Shown: in pieces, positions 8,564 to 18,454 of the stretch
Numbering within the stretch: the first letter of the stretch is position 1
Layout of the letters: the number at the start of each line of letters is the position of its first letter
Virus record (IMG/VR): IMGVR_UViG_3300020154_000003
Span: 124,001-188,000 of that record
Reading direction: 5' to 3' (one strand)
Length of the DNA: 64,000 bases
Program-made: the position numbers and the translations under genes
Notes under the pieces: model-generated
Databases searched by the model: none
What the model was told of the DNA's origin: nothing
Seen by the model: only the letters and a program-made list of their open reading frames with translations

Positions 8564-8851
8564 ATGACAGAAAAAGACAGATTGATCAGTAGATTGATCG
8601 AAAAGGGAGAAATTACGGAGCAAGAAGCTGCGTTGTTGAAAGAAAGTGAAATTGTAATTGTTAAGGAAGAAGATAATGTTTTCCCGAATGACGTGAATCC
8701 GTTCCCACCTGCACAGTTTCCGAAGAATAATTGGATTAACGATGAACTTCAAAGAAGGGCTGATATTGCCAAAAATTGTGGTTGTAATCCTGCCAATGGT
8801 GGTAGTGGTATTTGTGGATGCACCCTTACTGGCCCAATCATAACCTGTTAA
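8564..8851 (+). CDS. small protein with Cys-rich C-terminus
   Basis: NCGCNPANGGSGICGCTL. Confidence 0.65.
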   Translation: MTEKDRLISRLIEKGEITEQEAALLKESEIVIVKEEDNVFPNDVNPFPPAQFPKNNWINDELQRRADIAKNCGCNPANGGSGICGCTLTGPIITC

Positions 8852-8879
8852 TTTAGCTTTTTTCTTAGTATTTATTAGC

Positions 8880-9296
8880 ATGAAAGTTAAAGAAATTAAG
8901 AAAACGATAAATGAAAATGTGGGTAGAATGATGATTGACGAAGAATCCTTCTTTGAAGGTCATAACTTCATTACCTACGGCAAACAAATTGAATTGGTTA
9001 GCAGCGACAGTGAGCAAGGTCAAGTTGACAAGGATTCAGTAGTGGTCAAATGGATTGCCAAATTCGACATTGGAAATATTGGTGTGTTTGGTGTTAATAT
9101 TGATGTTAAATCGATCACTGCTGAAATTGGTGACGATGAGGACGAAGAGATCGAAAGAGCACCATTGAACTTAAATGGTTTCGAACACGTAATCACAAAA
9201 CGTAAAAATCCTGAAGTACAGGAATTACAAGTTTTTTTGTCGAGCGTTCATATAAACACTGCAGAACATAAAATCGAATACGAATTCACAATATAA
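8880..9296 (+). CDS. hypothetical protein (possible late gene)
   Basis: Preceded by GTATTTAT at 8868-8875. Confidence 0.65.
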   Translation: MKVKEIKKTINENVGRMMIDEESFFEGHNFITYGKQIELVSSDSEQGQVDKDSVVVKWIAKFDIGNIGVFGVNIDVKSITAEIGDDEDEEIERAPLNLNGFEHVITKRKNPEVQELQVFLSSVHINTAEHKIEYEFTI

Positions 9297-9322
9297 AAAA
9301 AGCCCTCCTTCGAGGGCTTTTT
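9295..9322. terminator. bidirectional intrinsic terminator
   Basis: AAAAAAAGCCCTC-CTTC-GAGGGCTTTTT between convergent genes. Confidence 0.8.
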
Positions 9323-9325
9323 CAT

Positions 9326-10204
9326 TTACCACATTACTGGTATTAAGTTTCTCAAAAAATCTTTATCCTGAGTGAAAATAGGTGGCTCAACGACTTGCCA
9401 AGTATTTCTCTTGATATAGTACTGGCCAACCCTTTCCAAATTCGGATGTTGATCATCATCTATCAACCATTTAACATTATCTGCAGTTTTAGGATTTTTC
9501 AAAGCAAGTTTGGCACGATCTTCGGGAAGTGCAACCCATGTCTCTTGTTTAAGAATTACCCTTCCTCTTTTTTGACCTACCGGATAATCATTCCAGTTCT
9601 GACCCTTTTTCCAAATCAGGTCTTGAAGTTGATCAGTGCTCTTCCCATTCAATTCCTTGTGTGAATATAGTGATTGAGCAACGGCCTGAATGGAGTTTCT
9701 GGTTGCATCTTGCTGCCTCCAAATGAAGTAATTAATGACTTCCTCTGATGGTGGAATGGTAAATAACCTGCTGTCAAACATTGCTGTTTTAAAATTTTCA
9801 ATATCCTCTGCAATCGGTATTAAGGCAGTTTCCTTAAACCAACGAGCAAGTCGTAATTGATTGAATTTAGCGGTAGCGAGACTCGATGAAATGGATGCCA
9901 TTTTCTGAACGTTACCATCAAACCATGCTGAGGTGGTTGTCTTTTCAAAATCACTCAATAGAATCGAAATTTCATCTGACTGGACATAACCAAATTTGGC
10001 TCCTTGAATGTTATCACAGAGATATTTTGTGGTTTCATCCATATCCTTAATTAAGTCCGCATCGAATGGTCGCTTAAGTCCACGAGTATAGGTGTGAAAT
10101 GCCTTCCCATCGATCCTTATCATTGTATAGGTTCTTCTAGGAAGATAGGTTCTACTTCTATCCTCATAATAGGTTTTCATTCTGTCGCCAAGTTCATCTT
10201 TCAT
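9326..10204 (-). CDS. thg1: tRNA(His) guanylyltransferase Thg1 / Thg1-like 3'-5' polymerase
   Basis: RIDGKAFHTYT, YVQSDEIS, FDSR, YFIWRQQDATRNS. Confidence 0.93.
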   Translation of the reverse strand: MKDELGDRMKTYYEDRSRTYLPRRTYTMIRIDGKAFHTYTRGLKRPFDADLIKDMDETTKYLCDNIQGAKFGYVQSDEISILLSDFEKTTTSAWFDGNVQKMASISSSLATAKFNQLRLARWFKETALIPIAEDIENFKTAMFDSRLFTIPPSEEVINYFIWRQQDATRNSIQAVAQSLYSHKELNGKSTDQLQDLIWKKGQNWNDYPVGQKRGRVILKQETWVALPEDRAKLALKNPKTADNVKWLIDDDQHPNLERVGQYYIKRNTWQVVEPPIFTQDKDFLRNLIPVMW

Positions 10205-10503
10205 GATTCAAAATATTTTTTGTAAAAATACGAATAATTTAAATAATATCATATATTTGCCATGTGAAGCACACAAATTTCATCAAAGATAATGAAGTAC
10301 TACTTAAAGTTGACTTTATTTTTGAGCCAATCAAGGAAATTTCGGCTGTAATTAGGATTAAAGACTGTTTATATCGAGTTGAAAAATTTTGTGATGATTT
10401 CCCCGGACATCCAAATGCACATATACGACACGTCTTTCTAATAGATTGTGAACAATTTTAAAACAAAAACAAGAACTTTACGTAAAATTCATAAATCCCC
10501 ACA

Positions 10504-11379
10504 ATGACACTAATATTAGACCTCACCAAAGGAGTCACCGAAACCACAGCATACAAAGCATGGAAATTTCCGGGTGGCGAAATTCACTTCAAGTTCTCAG
10601 ATGAATTTATACGTTGGCTAAATTCTCACAGATCGCTCGAAATTCAGACCAGAATAAACACCTCAGATGATTTTCTGTTTTTACTTCTAGTAATTGATAC
10701 GTTGAAGAAGGATTATCAGAATCACACCATCGATGTTTTCATCCCTTATATGCTTTACCAGCAAGCAGATAGAGATTTCAGTGTTGGCGAATGTTTTAGT
10801 CTCAGAACTGTAACCAAAATTCTGAATGCCATTGGTGTAAATTCATACACGATTTACGATCCCCACTCAGATGTTACTCCAGCTTTACTTCAGAACTGTA
10901 AGGTTATCGACAATAGCGATTACATCAAATGGGTGCTTGAGCAACTACCTTCATTAGGTAAATATTCCAATGGATTCAACGTTGTTATGCTTTCCCCCGA
11001 TGCTGGTGCATATAAGAAAATCTATAAACTCGCCAATAAAATTCAATTCAAGGGTGAGGTTGCGTCAGCCAATAAATCTCGTTCGATTTCAACTGGAAAT
11101 ATAGACTCATTGGAACTGTCGAAACATGATTTCGAAGGTAAGGATGTGTTGATTGTTGATGACATCTGTATCGGTGGTAGAACCTTTATTGAACTAGCAA
11201 AGAAGTTGAAGGAACGGAATGTTGGTGATTTATATCTCGCAATTTCTCACGGCATTTTTAGTAACGGATATGATGAACTAAGTCTCTACTACAAAAAGGT
11301 ATTCACTACTAACAGTAGAAAAAATGAATACAATCACGAATTAATTTCAACCTTTAACATTTTTGGCGATAATGACTGA
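10504..11379 (+). CDS. ribose-phosphate pyrophosphokinase-like protein (candidate NARP1 Adps)
   Basis: FPGGEIH, PYMLYQQADR, DPHSDV, SPDAGA, IVDDICIGGRTF, HGIFS. Confidence 0.88.
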   Translation: MTLILDLTKGVTETTAYKAWKFPGGEIHFKFSDEFIRWLNSHRSLEIQTRINTSDDFLFLLLVIDTLKKDYQNHTIDVFIPYMLYQQADRDFSVGECFSLRTVTKILNAIGVNSYTIYDPHSDVTPALLQNCKVIDNSDYIKWVLEQLPSLGKYSNGFNVVMLSPDAGAYKKIYKLANKIQFKGEVASANKSRSISTGNIDSLELSKHDFEGKDVLIVDDICIGGRTFIELAKKLKERNVGDLYLAISHGIFSNGYDELSLYYKKVFTTNSRKNEYNHELISTFNIFGDND

Positions 11380-11791
11380 TAGTTCGTTAGATACATTTTT
11401 CGATATTAAAACTTGTATTGATAGACTTTACTGCGAGTGGAAGAAACATCCCAAATTAATTATCGCTGTCGATTTCGATGACACGGTTTTTGATTTCCAT
11501 AATAGAAATCAAGTTCATGATAATGTGATTAATCTCCTTCATGAATGTAAAAAAGAAGGTTTCTACATTGTCGTATTCACAGCATCCAAGCCTGAACGCT
11601 ATGACTTCATAAAGGACTACATGGAAATGAAGGGTATCGAAATTGATGGCATTAATAAAAATGTTATCGAACTTCCTTACGGCAATAACGGAAAGATATA
11701 CTACAACATTTTATTGGATGACCGTGCTGGCTTATTTCAAGCTGTTACTATTCTCACTAGCGTTTTATTTAAAATACGAAACAAAGCATGA
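11372..11791 (+). CDS. HAD-superfamily phosphatase-like protein
   Basis: IIAVDFDDTV, FTAS, K..Y..LLDDRAG. Confidence 0.75.
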   Translation: MTDSSLDTFFDIKTCIDRLYCEWKKHPKLIIAVDFDDTVFDFHNRNQVHDNVINLLHECKKEGFYIVVFTASKPERYDFIKDYMEMKGIEIDGINKNVIELPYGNNGKIYYNILLDDRAGLFQAVTILTSVLFKIRNKA

Positions 11792-12213
11792 TAGTATTTG
11801 TGGCGACTCCATTTTGGAGTTTTGATAAAGAAGTGTCTGAACGAAGAACTGCGATAATAAGCAAGTATTGCGGGCAATTATTGCGTGAGGGTATTATGTG
11901 TACTTCGCCAGTTGTTTTTGGAGTAACTATACTGAAATATACTGACCTACCGGGAAATTTTGCCTTTTGGGATAAACTTAGTTTTACCACTTTGGCAGCT
12001 TCAGATGTGCTACACGTACTTATGCTCCCCGGATGGGATGAATCGAGAGGCGTTAGTGAGGAAATAAAATTCGCACTAGAAAGAAAAATACCAATAAAAT
12101 ATTTTGATGTTTCCGAAGATAGATATGGCAGTCCCACTTTCAAAGAAAATAGCAGATCAATAGCTATTGGCAACCTAATAAGAAAAATTAATCATAAAAA
12201 AAATAACCCATGA
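11788..12213 (+). CDS. DUF1937 / nucleoside 2-deoxyribosyltransferase-like protein
   Basis: VATPF...SPV...FW...LMLPGWDESRGVSEEIKFA. Confidence 0.7.
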   Translation: MIVFVATPFWSFDKEVSERRTAIISKYCGQLLREGIMCTSPVVFGVTILKYTDLPGNFAFWDKLSFTTLAASDVLHVLMLPGWDESRGVSEEIKFALERKIPIKYFDVSEDRYGSPTFKENSRSIAIGNLIRKINHKKNNP

Positions 12214-13781
12214 AAATGAATCCATTTTTAATGGCTGACTTTTACAAGATCGGTCACCCATTTCAATACCCCAAAGGTACAAATCTTGTTTATGCTAACT
12301 TAACACCACGTAATTCCAGAATCAAGGGAGTTGACAAGATGGTGTTCTTTGGCCTTCAATATTTTATCAAGCATTACTTGATTAAGTATTTCAACGAAAA
12401 CTTCTTCGATCTTCCGAAAGACGAAGTGATGAATTCATACAGAAGAAGAATTCTCACCTCATTAGGTTCCGATCTACCTTATTATGATCACATTGCAAAT
12501 CTTCACGATTTGGGTTATCTCCCAATCGAGATTAAAGCTTTGCCAGAAGGAAGCAAGGTGAAGATGCGTGTGCCAGTACTGACTGTCAAAAATACACACC
12601 CTGAATTTTATTGGTTGACCAATTTCATAGAAACAATCATGTCCGATATTGTGTGGCAACCATGTACCTCCGCTACTATTGCCCACGAATACCGTAAACT
12701 TCTCAACAAGTTTGGTGAAGAAACTGGTATGCACCCCGACTTTATTCAATGGCAAGGTCACGACTTCAGCTTTAGAGGTATGAGTTCCTTCGAGAGTGCA
12801 TATACTTCAGCTATGGGGCACTTATTATCTTTTACTGGCACTGACACCATTCCGGGGATTGATGCTCTTGAAACGTATTACAATGCTAATGCGGATTACG
12901 AATTAATTGGTGGTAGTGTCAATGCTACCGAACACAGTGTTATGTGTGCTGGTGAAAAGGATTCAGAGTACGAGACTTACAGACGTTTGATCTGTGATGT
13001 ATACCCTAAAGGCATCGTATCAATTGTTTCAGATACTTGGGATTTATGGTTCGTACTAACTCAGATCATACCTCAATTGAAAGAAGCGATTCTCAATAGG
13101 GAAGGTAAGGTTGTTATTCGTCCTGACAGTGGCGATCCTGTTAAAATTCTTACAGGTTACTTCAAGAACGAATTGACTGTGATCGATGGCAAATATTACC
13201 GTAACACTGATGTTGATGCTCATGATATTGACGCAACTAAGCTAACGCTTAAAGCAGGTGCCAAAGAAGTTGGTGAAGCTGAAAGAAAAGGTGTTATTGA
13301 GGTTCTTTGGGACGTGTTTGGTGGAACCATCACTGACAAAGGTTACAAACTACTGGACGAACATATTGGGGCAATTTACGGTGACAGTATCACACTTACT
13401 CGTGCAGAAGAAATTTGTCAGCGATTGAAAGATAAGGGATTTGCTTCACAAGTTGTACTTGGTATCGGTAGCTACACTTATCAGTACAACACCAGAGATA
13501 CCTTTGGTACTGCAATGAAGTCTACCTATGTTGAAGTTAACGGTGAAGGAAGAGAAATTTTCAAATCTCCTGCGACTGATGATGGAACTAAAAAATCTGC
13601 CAGAGGCTTGCTGAAAGTTGTGAAAGATGAGGACGGTGAATTCGTACTTGTAGATCAGGTGTCTTGGGAAGAAGAGGCTGAGGGAGAATTAACACCAGTC
13701 TTTAAGGATGGTAAGTTACTTGTTGACCAGTCATTGAGCGAAATAAGGGCAAGATTGAGTGAAGTAGTAGAGGTAGTATAA
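12210..13781 (+). CDS. nicotinamide phosphoribosyltransferase-like protein (candidate NARP1 Namat)
   Basis: ADFYKIGH..QYP, HDFSFRG, ATEHSVM, SIVSDTWD, IRPDSGDP, IYGDSIT, K.P.TD.G.KKSARG. Confidence 0.92.
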   Translation: MKMNPFLMADFYKIGHPFQYPKGTNLVYANLTPRNSRIKGVDKMVFFGLQYFIKHYLIKYFNENFFDLPKDEVMNSYRRRILTSLGSDLPYYDHIANLHDLGYLPIEIKALPEGSKVKMRVPVLTVKNTHPEFYWLTNFIETIMSDIVWQPCTSATIAHEYRKLLNKFGEETGMHPDFIQWQGHDFSFRGMSSFESAYTSAMGHLLSFTGTDTIPGIDALETYYNANADYELIGGSVNATEHSVMCAGEKDSEYETYRRLICDVYPKGIVSIVSDTWDLWFVLTQIIPQLKEAILNREGKVVIRPDSGDPVKILTGYFKNELTVIDGKYYRNTDVDAHDIDATKLTLKAGAKEVGEAERKGVIEVLWDVFGGTITDKGYKLLDEHIGAIYGDSITLTRAEEICQRLKDKGFASQVVLGIGSYTYQYNTRDTFGTAMKSTYVEVNGEGREIFKSPATDDGTKKSARGLLKVVKDEDGEFVLVDQVSWEEEAEGELTPVFKDGKLLVDQSLSEIRARLSEVVEVV

Positions 13782-13782
13782 T

Positions 13783-14208
13783 TTGAAAGGCGAAGATAGA
13801 TTAGATTTAAATCAGTTACTGAAAGGTTACCCAAAATGTGATCTTTTGGTGACTGATTTTTTTGGAGTTGAGGATAAGAACGAAATCCATTTCAGGGATT
13901 TATATGATTTTTTTGATAAGTACGATTACCATCCCACTGTTGAACACTATTATCGTAACGAAAACGCATATTGGGTTCACAATATAATGAACCCTTCGCA
14001 CCTACCAGTAAGTAAACAAAAAGAATTTAAGTATAGGAAAGATGCTGAACTGCAGATGTTTATACTCTCATTCCATAATATGGAGGAAATATTAACTCCA
14101 TTGGAACCACATTATAGAACTGACACAACATCAAACTTTGGATTTTATAATTATGGCGATAATGACGCTAACCAAAACACTACTGACTTTACGGAATTGC
14201 CTTTCTGA
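13783..14208 (+). CDS. hypothetical protein
   Basis: ORF directly after the NAMPT-like gene. Confidence 0.55.
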   Translation: MKGEDRLDLNQLLKGYPKCDLLVTDFFGVEDKNEIHFRDLYDFFDKYDYHPTVEHYYRNENAYWVHNIMNPSHLPVSKQKEFKYRKDAELQMFILSFHNMEEILTPLEPHYRTDTTSNFGFYNYGDNDANQNTTDFTELPF

Positions 14209-14545
14209 CGATCTTCTCAAACCAAAATATAGAAATCGGTATCGACCAATTAAAAGCACTGGTCATTGCTATGTCGCCTCTGAAGCAGTATATTATTTGG
14301 TTGGAAAGAAATTAGGATATAAACCACATTACGTTAAAATTAATGGTGATACCCATTGGTTTTTAATGACAGACAATGGAGTGGACATACTCGATCCCAC
14401 GTATGATCAATTTCCCTCATTACCAAATTATAGTTCAGGAAAGCGGTGTGGATTTTTAACAAAAAAGCCATCAAAAAGATGTAAAATTTTGTTGAAAAAG
14501 ATAAAAAGTTTAAATTTGAATAATGGACAAAGTAAACGAAATTGA
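14138..14545 (+). CDS. conserved phage hypothetical protein with C/H/D residues (true start probably downstream)
   Basis: GHCYVASEA...HWFL...ILDPT..QF...GFLTKKPSKR. Confidence 0.6.
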   Translation: MDFIIMAIMTLTKTLLTLRNCLSDDLLKPKYRNRYRPIKSTGHCYVASEAVYYLVGKKLGYKPHYVKINGDTHWFLMTDNGVDILDPTYDQFPSLPNYSSGKRCGFLTKKPSKRCKILLKKIKSLNLNNGQSKRN

Positions 14546-14933
14546 ACAACCTTCCTCATTGGAGAGTTGTTTTGAATATCTGGATAAGAAATTAGTCGAT
14601 AAAGACTTATTTAAAAACTCACCAGAAAATAAAGTGCTTGGAATGTGCCACTTTTCCTTGGGAATGTGGATGAGAAATAATTGGTATCTCTGGTGGAGTG
14701 AAGATTTGGCAAAGCAATTTGCTGAGAAGGGTTACCCACAAGAAAAACCTCTTCTAGTAAAATACTTCAATGAAGAGTTAGGGATATTTCATGCTGATGA
14801 TATGAGTAGCATTATCATAACTTCGTATCATAGAAAACTTAATGACCTCACCTTACGTCTTGACCTGCAGGCTAAGAAATATCAAGATTTCTGGCAAAAT
14901 AGTGTCGATAAAAAATTGATGGATGAAGAATAA
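14523..14933 (+). CDS. DUF6794-like protein
   Basis: HFSLGMWMRNNW.LW...GIFHADDMSSII...YHRKLN. Confidence 0.55.
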   Translation: MDKVNEIEQPSSLESCFEYLDKKLVDKDLFKNSPENKVLGMCHFSLGMWMRNNWYLWWSEDLAKQFAEKGYPQEKPLLVKYFNEELGIFHADDMSSIIITSYHRKLNDLTLRLDLQAKKYQDFWQNSVDKKLMDEE

Positions 14934-15552
14934 AATATCATACATATTAATACTCTTATTAGTAATATTAACTTCCTTTAATTCAAAACCAGCAACTGGT
15001 TGTCTCGAACTCGATTTAATTCTCATCGGGGATTACTCGTCCAGTTTAAGGGGTCAAGAACATTATTTTGTAGGTGCATGTAGAACATTCGTTAAGAAAT
15101 TTCAATTATCTGAACAAACAATCAAAATTGGTATAGTAACCTTTAATGATACTGCAAAACTAATCAGTCCTTTAAGTAGTGATACTTCCTTTATCACTAG
15201 CAGAATTAATGAGTTGGCTGAAGAAATAGGTGAAGATTGGACTAATATGGAGAAAGGATTATTCGTGGCTTTTAATGAGTTCACAAATAACGGCAGACCA
15301 AATGCACAGAAAATGATTATAATCCTTTCTGACGGTGCAGTCAACGATCCGGGCGATAAAACTTCAGCACCCATAACTACGATGGAAATTATTCAACAAC
15401 TTAGAATGACTGGTATGGGTGTGTGTAGCATCTTAATTAAGAGCGGTGAAGAGGAACCAGAATTCATGAAAGCGATTTCATCAGGATGTTACGCAGAATC
15501 TAGCTACGAAAATCTAGCAATCGAATTGGCTAAATTAGATGTTTGTCTCTAA
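14923..15552 (+). CDS. exported vWA domain protein
   Basis: N-terminal signal-like hydrophobic segment; DYSSS, TNM, LSDG. Confidence 0.8.
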   Translation: MKNKISYILILLLVILTSFNSKPATGCLELDLILIGDYSSSLRGQEHYFVGACRTFVKKFQLSEQTIKIGIVTFNDTAKLISPLSSDTSFITSRINELAEEIGEDWTNMEKGLFVAFNEFTNNGRPNAQKMIIILSDGAVNDPGDKTSAPITTMEIIQQLRMTGMGVCSILIKSGEEEPEFMKAISSGCYAESSYENLAIELAKLDVCL

Positions 15553-16153
15553 AAAAAATGTGTGGAAGCCAGCTTCTCTGGATGTGATGCGTCAAATTGC
15601 AAACGCTGAGAAAGATTGGGCATCCTTACTGAAATCGGAGAACACATATAAAAAATTTTTCAAGAAATTGCTTTTTTGGCGTAAACCAAAAACACAATTC
15701 GAAGGAGTTACGTTTCCGGTAGTAAGAAAAGTCTTTGCTAATTTGATGGCTAACGATATTGTTGGAGTACAACCAATGGCAGCACCATCCAATGGTCTTT
15801 ATGCGAATTACATCACAATAACATTCAAACTTGGGAAACCAATTAAGCATAAAATTGTTGGAAAGACACCCGGAGAATATTTAATAAATTTAATACATGC
15901 TTGGAATAGTTTGCCTGATCGATTTGTGAAAGAGGACATTGTTGGTTACTATCACTATAAACTCGCGGCACTGCTTAAGGTTTATCCTACCATCCTCGAT
16001 GAGTATGAAACTGACGATTACACAAAAGATTTGATGTTTGTATTGGAAGGACAGAAGCCCAAACATAAATTTGAAGGTTACAAACCGATACCCCAAATTT
16101 TAAATGGTAATGATGGACATATACCGTTATGGCCTATTCCAAATAAAATATAG
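15539..16153 (+). CDS. protein containing a T4 gp23 major-capsid (Gol-region)-like segment
   Basis: FPVVRKVFANLMANDIVGVQPMAAPSNG. Confidence 0.65.
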   Translation: MFVSKKNVWKPASLDVMRQIANAEKDWASLLKSENTYKKFFKKLLFWRKPKTQFEGVTFPVVRKVFANLMANDIVGVQPMAAPSNGLYANYITITFKLGKPIKHKIVGKTPGEYLINLIHAWNSLPDRFVKEDIVGYYHYKLAALLKVYPTILDEYETDDYTKDLMFVLEGQKPKHKFEGYKPIPQILNGNDGHIPLWPIPNKI

Positions 16154-16157
16154 CAAA

Positions 16158-16997
16158 ATGAAGACTAACAAAAAACAAAAACATATTGCAGTATTATTTT
16201 CCTCAGGATTGGATTCAACATATCTCATCTATAAAAATCTGAAGGAAGGACATATAGTCCAACCCTATTATGTTGACATTAAAAACAATGAGAATAAGCG
16301 GATAGTGGAATTGCAAAACGTGCAGAAGTTAACTGAATTATTCATTGAGGAATTTCCAAACATGCGATTCCATAAAACGTTGACTGAAGTTTCGGTTAAT
16401 ATTGAATGGGGTTGCGATCTTTTATTCACACAAATCCCTGTGTGGTTGTTTAGTTTATCTTTCATAAGCAATCCGAATGTTCAGGAAATTCATATCGGTT
16501 ATGTTTCAAACGATGATGCAATTTCTTATATAGATGAAATAAAGAAATTTTATAAAGCACAGCAGTGGTTACATAGAGATAAACTTCCTAAACTTTGTTT
16601 CCCGCTTTTGAAAGAAACGAAATCAAGTATGATGGAGGAACTACCAGTAAAGTACAGAACCTATATTACTTCTTGTGAAAATCCAACTTTAAAACCATAT
16701 TTTATTAAAAGTGGAAGTCGAAGAATCCAGTACTTCGAACCTTGTGGTACATGTGTCGCTTGTAATAGGGTTATAAGAGAAAAATTAGATTACAATTTTC
16801 AATATAGAAAACTCATAGTAGATCACTATAAAAAATTGGAGGAAGCACAATATTTTGCACGATTTAAAGAGCATCATCCCAAAGAATATGATGGGATTTT
16901 GAAACTCATTGAAGAAACGAATAGTAATGCTTTTGAGCAGGTGTGGATAGAATCAGGTGGGGATGTTAAAGGAGGTTATGAAGCTGTAGGATGTTGA
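16158..16997 (+). CDS. QueC-like PP-loop ATPase
   Basis: AVLFSSGLDSTY, TSC, PCGTCVAC. Confidence 0.7.
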   Translation: MKTNKKQKHIAVLFSSGLDSTYLIYKNLKEGHIVQPYYVDIKNNENKRIVELQNVQKLTELFIEEFPNMRFHKTLTEVSVNIEWGCDLLFTQIPVWLFSLSFISNPNVQEIHIGYVSNDDAISYIDEIKKFYKAQQWLHRDKLPKLCFPLLKETKSSMMEELPVKYRTYITSCENPTLKPYFIKSGSRRIQYFEPCGTCVACNRVIREKLDYNFQYRKLIVDHYKKLEEAQYFARFKEHHPKEYDGILKLIEETNSNAFEQVWIESGGDVKGGYEAVGC

Positions 16998-17518
16998 TTT
17001 TAAGCACTTTATGAATTTTTCTTAGGGGTTTTCGTACCAAAGTAAAAAATGCTGGTATTTATAGAATATTACGCAATAAACTAAAGCATGGTATGAATTA
17101 TATATTAACTGTCGATAGTTCCAAAGTAGATAAGGTTATCTCTCAGCTTTCTGCGCTGAACATTGAAATAACTGATGTCGTCCGATCAAGTGGGTACATT
17201 CATGTTAATACCAAGACCTCTCAAAAATTGAATCAATTAAATGAAGTGGTTGAAATCAAAAGAGACACATTTTTCTCCCAACTTCTTTTCTAAATTAAGC
17301 ATTTTTTTAAAAACATTTTCATTCCAGTTACGTATATTTACTACGGTGGATAAAAGCAAAATAGTAAGTATTAAGCTTGAAATATTAGAACAAAATTATT
17401 GGGAACACTTTAAATTTGCGAAGGATTTGGCACAATATTTTCCAATAAGCCACCCCAAACGGCAATTACTCGATAAAGAGATGAATTCAATGCTTAAACA
17501 GATAAACGCATTAAAACA

Positions 17519-17656
17519 ATGAAAAATCACGAAACAACCACAGCCCCTCAACCTACAATAAAGCCCGATGTTGCTCCATCACCTACGATCACTCCTAGGC
17601 CAACTCAAACCCCATTCACCCCTTCTATAGAGCCAGAAACGACTCCTAAAGGGTAA
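17519..17656 (+). CDS. 45-aa Pro/Thr-rich peptide (not in ORF track)
   Basis: MKNHETTTAPQPTIKPDVAPSPTITPRPTQTPFTPSIEPETTPKG, coupled to both neighbours. Confidence 0.6.
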   Translation: MKNHETTTAPQPTIKPDVAPSPTITPRPTQTPFTPSIEPETTPKG

Positions 17657-17657
17657 A

Positions 17658-18044
17658 ATGGAACCAGCTAAGAATCTCTTGATATTACTTTTGGCAATGG
17701 GCGTATTTACCGCCCTTTGCTGTTTATTGGGGGAAATTATTTTCCGTTACTTGAAACGGTTAGGTCAAAAGCATATGATGACATATGCCGAATACATCCC
17801 TGACTGTACTATCGGTGAAAGGGACGATAATAGATTTTTTGTCGTTTCTGGAGTGATTCGTAAGGATGGAATATTCCACTCTGGATGGTTTGTCTATGAT
17901 AGAGAACTTAAAAAATATGTTGACGTTGATTTTTCAACCACGGATCATCCTCTCGGTGTAGCAAAAGATCGTGCAGGTCTTCTCAATCATGCCAGCAGTA
18001 ATCAACCATACAATAAAGTCGTTTGGGATTTTATACAAAACTAG
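17658..18044 (+). CDS. membrane-anchored hypothetical protein
   Basis: N-terminal TM segment; ends in TAG. Confidence 0.6.
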   Translation: MEPAKNLLILLLAMGVFTALCCLLGEIIFRYLKRLGQKHMMTYAEYIPDCTIGERDDNRFFVVSGVIRKDGIFHSGWFVYDRELKKYVDVDFSTTDHPLGVAKDRAGLLNHASSNQPYNKVVWDFIQN

Positions 18045-18066
18045 GTATTTATGAGAAATCATAGAT

Positions 18067-18378
18067 ATGAAAAAGAACAGACTCTTTGAAGTATTCGAGT
18101 ACGTTACTGGTGTTAAAATCAATGAAGACTTAACCTACGCTCACGTAGATGATGCTTCGCCTGAGCAAGATCAATCTCAGATCGGTACTGAAGTCAGTGA
18201 AGGTAGAGGAATATATAACTTTGACAACAAGCCCGGACAGTCCAAGAACAATTTCCTTCAGAACGAATGGTCGAAGAAATACAGAAGACAATTCGGTTCT
18301 TATCGAGAATATCTAGCTGCAATGGAAAGTAAGGCAGTATTGAATCCTGAAACGCAGACCTATCAGTGGTCTATGTAA
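18067..18378 (+). CDS. hypothetical protein (possible late gene)
   Basis: GTATTTAT at 18045-18052 upstream. Confidence 0.6.
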   Translation: MKKNRLFEVFEYVTGVKINEDLTYAHVDDASPEQDQSQIGTEVSEGRGIYNFDNKPGQSKNNFLQNEWSKKYRRQFGSYREYLAAMESKAVLNPETQTYQWSM

Positions 18379-18454
18379 TAAAAACAAATCCCCGTAGGCC
18401 ACTCCAAACAGGATGTACAGCCATTTGTGATGCACACTTTACGGGGACATTTTT

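Noticed and set aside
15539-16153. Calling this ORF (or 22735..22971) the major capsid protein
   Set aside because: Far too short; similarity is limited to about 30 aa and there is no structural gene module nearby.
16158-16997. Complete 7-deazaguanine DNA modification system
   Set aside because: Only a divergent QueC-like gene is present; I recognised no folE, queD, queE or dpdA in the window.
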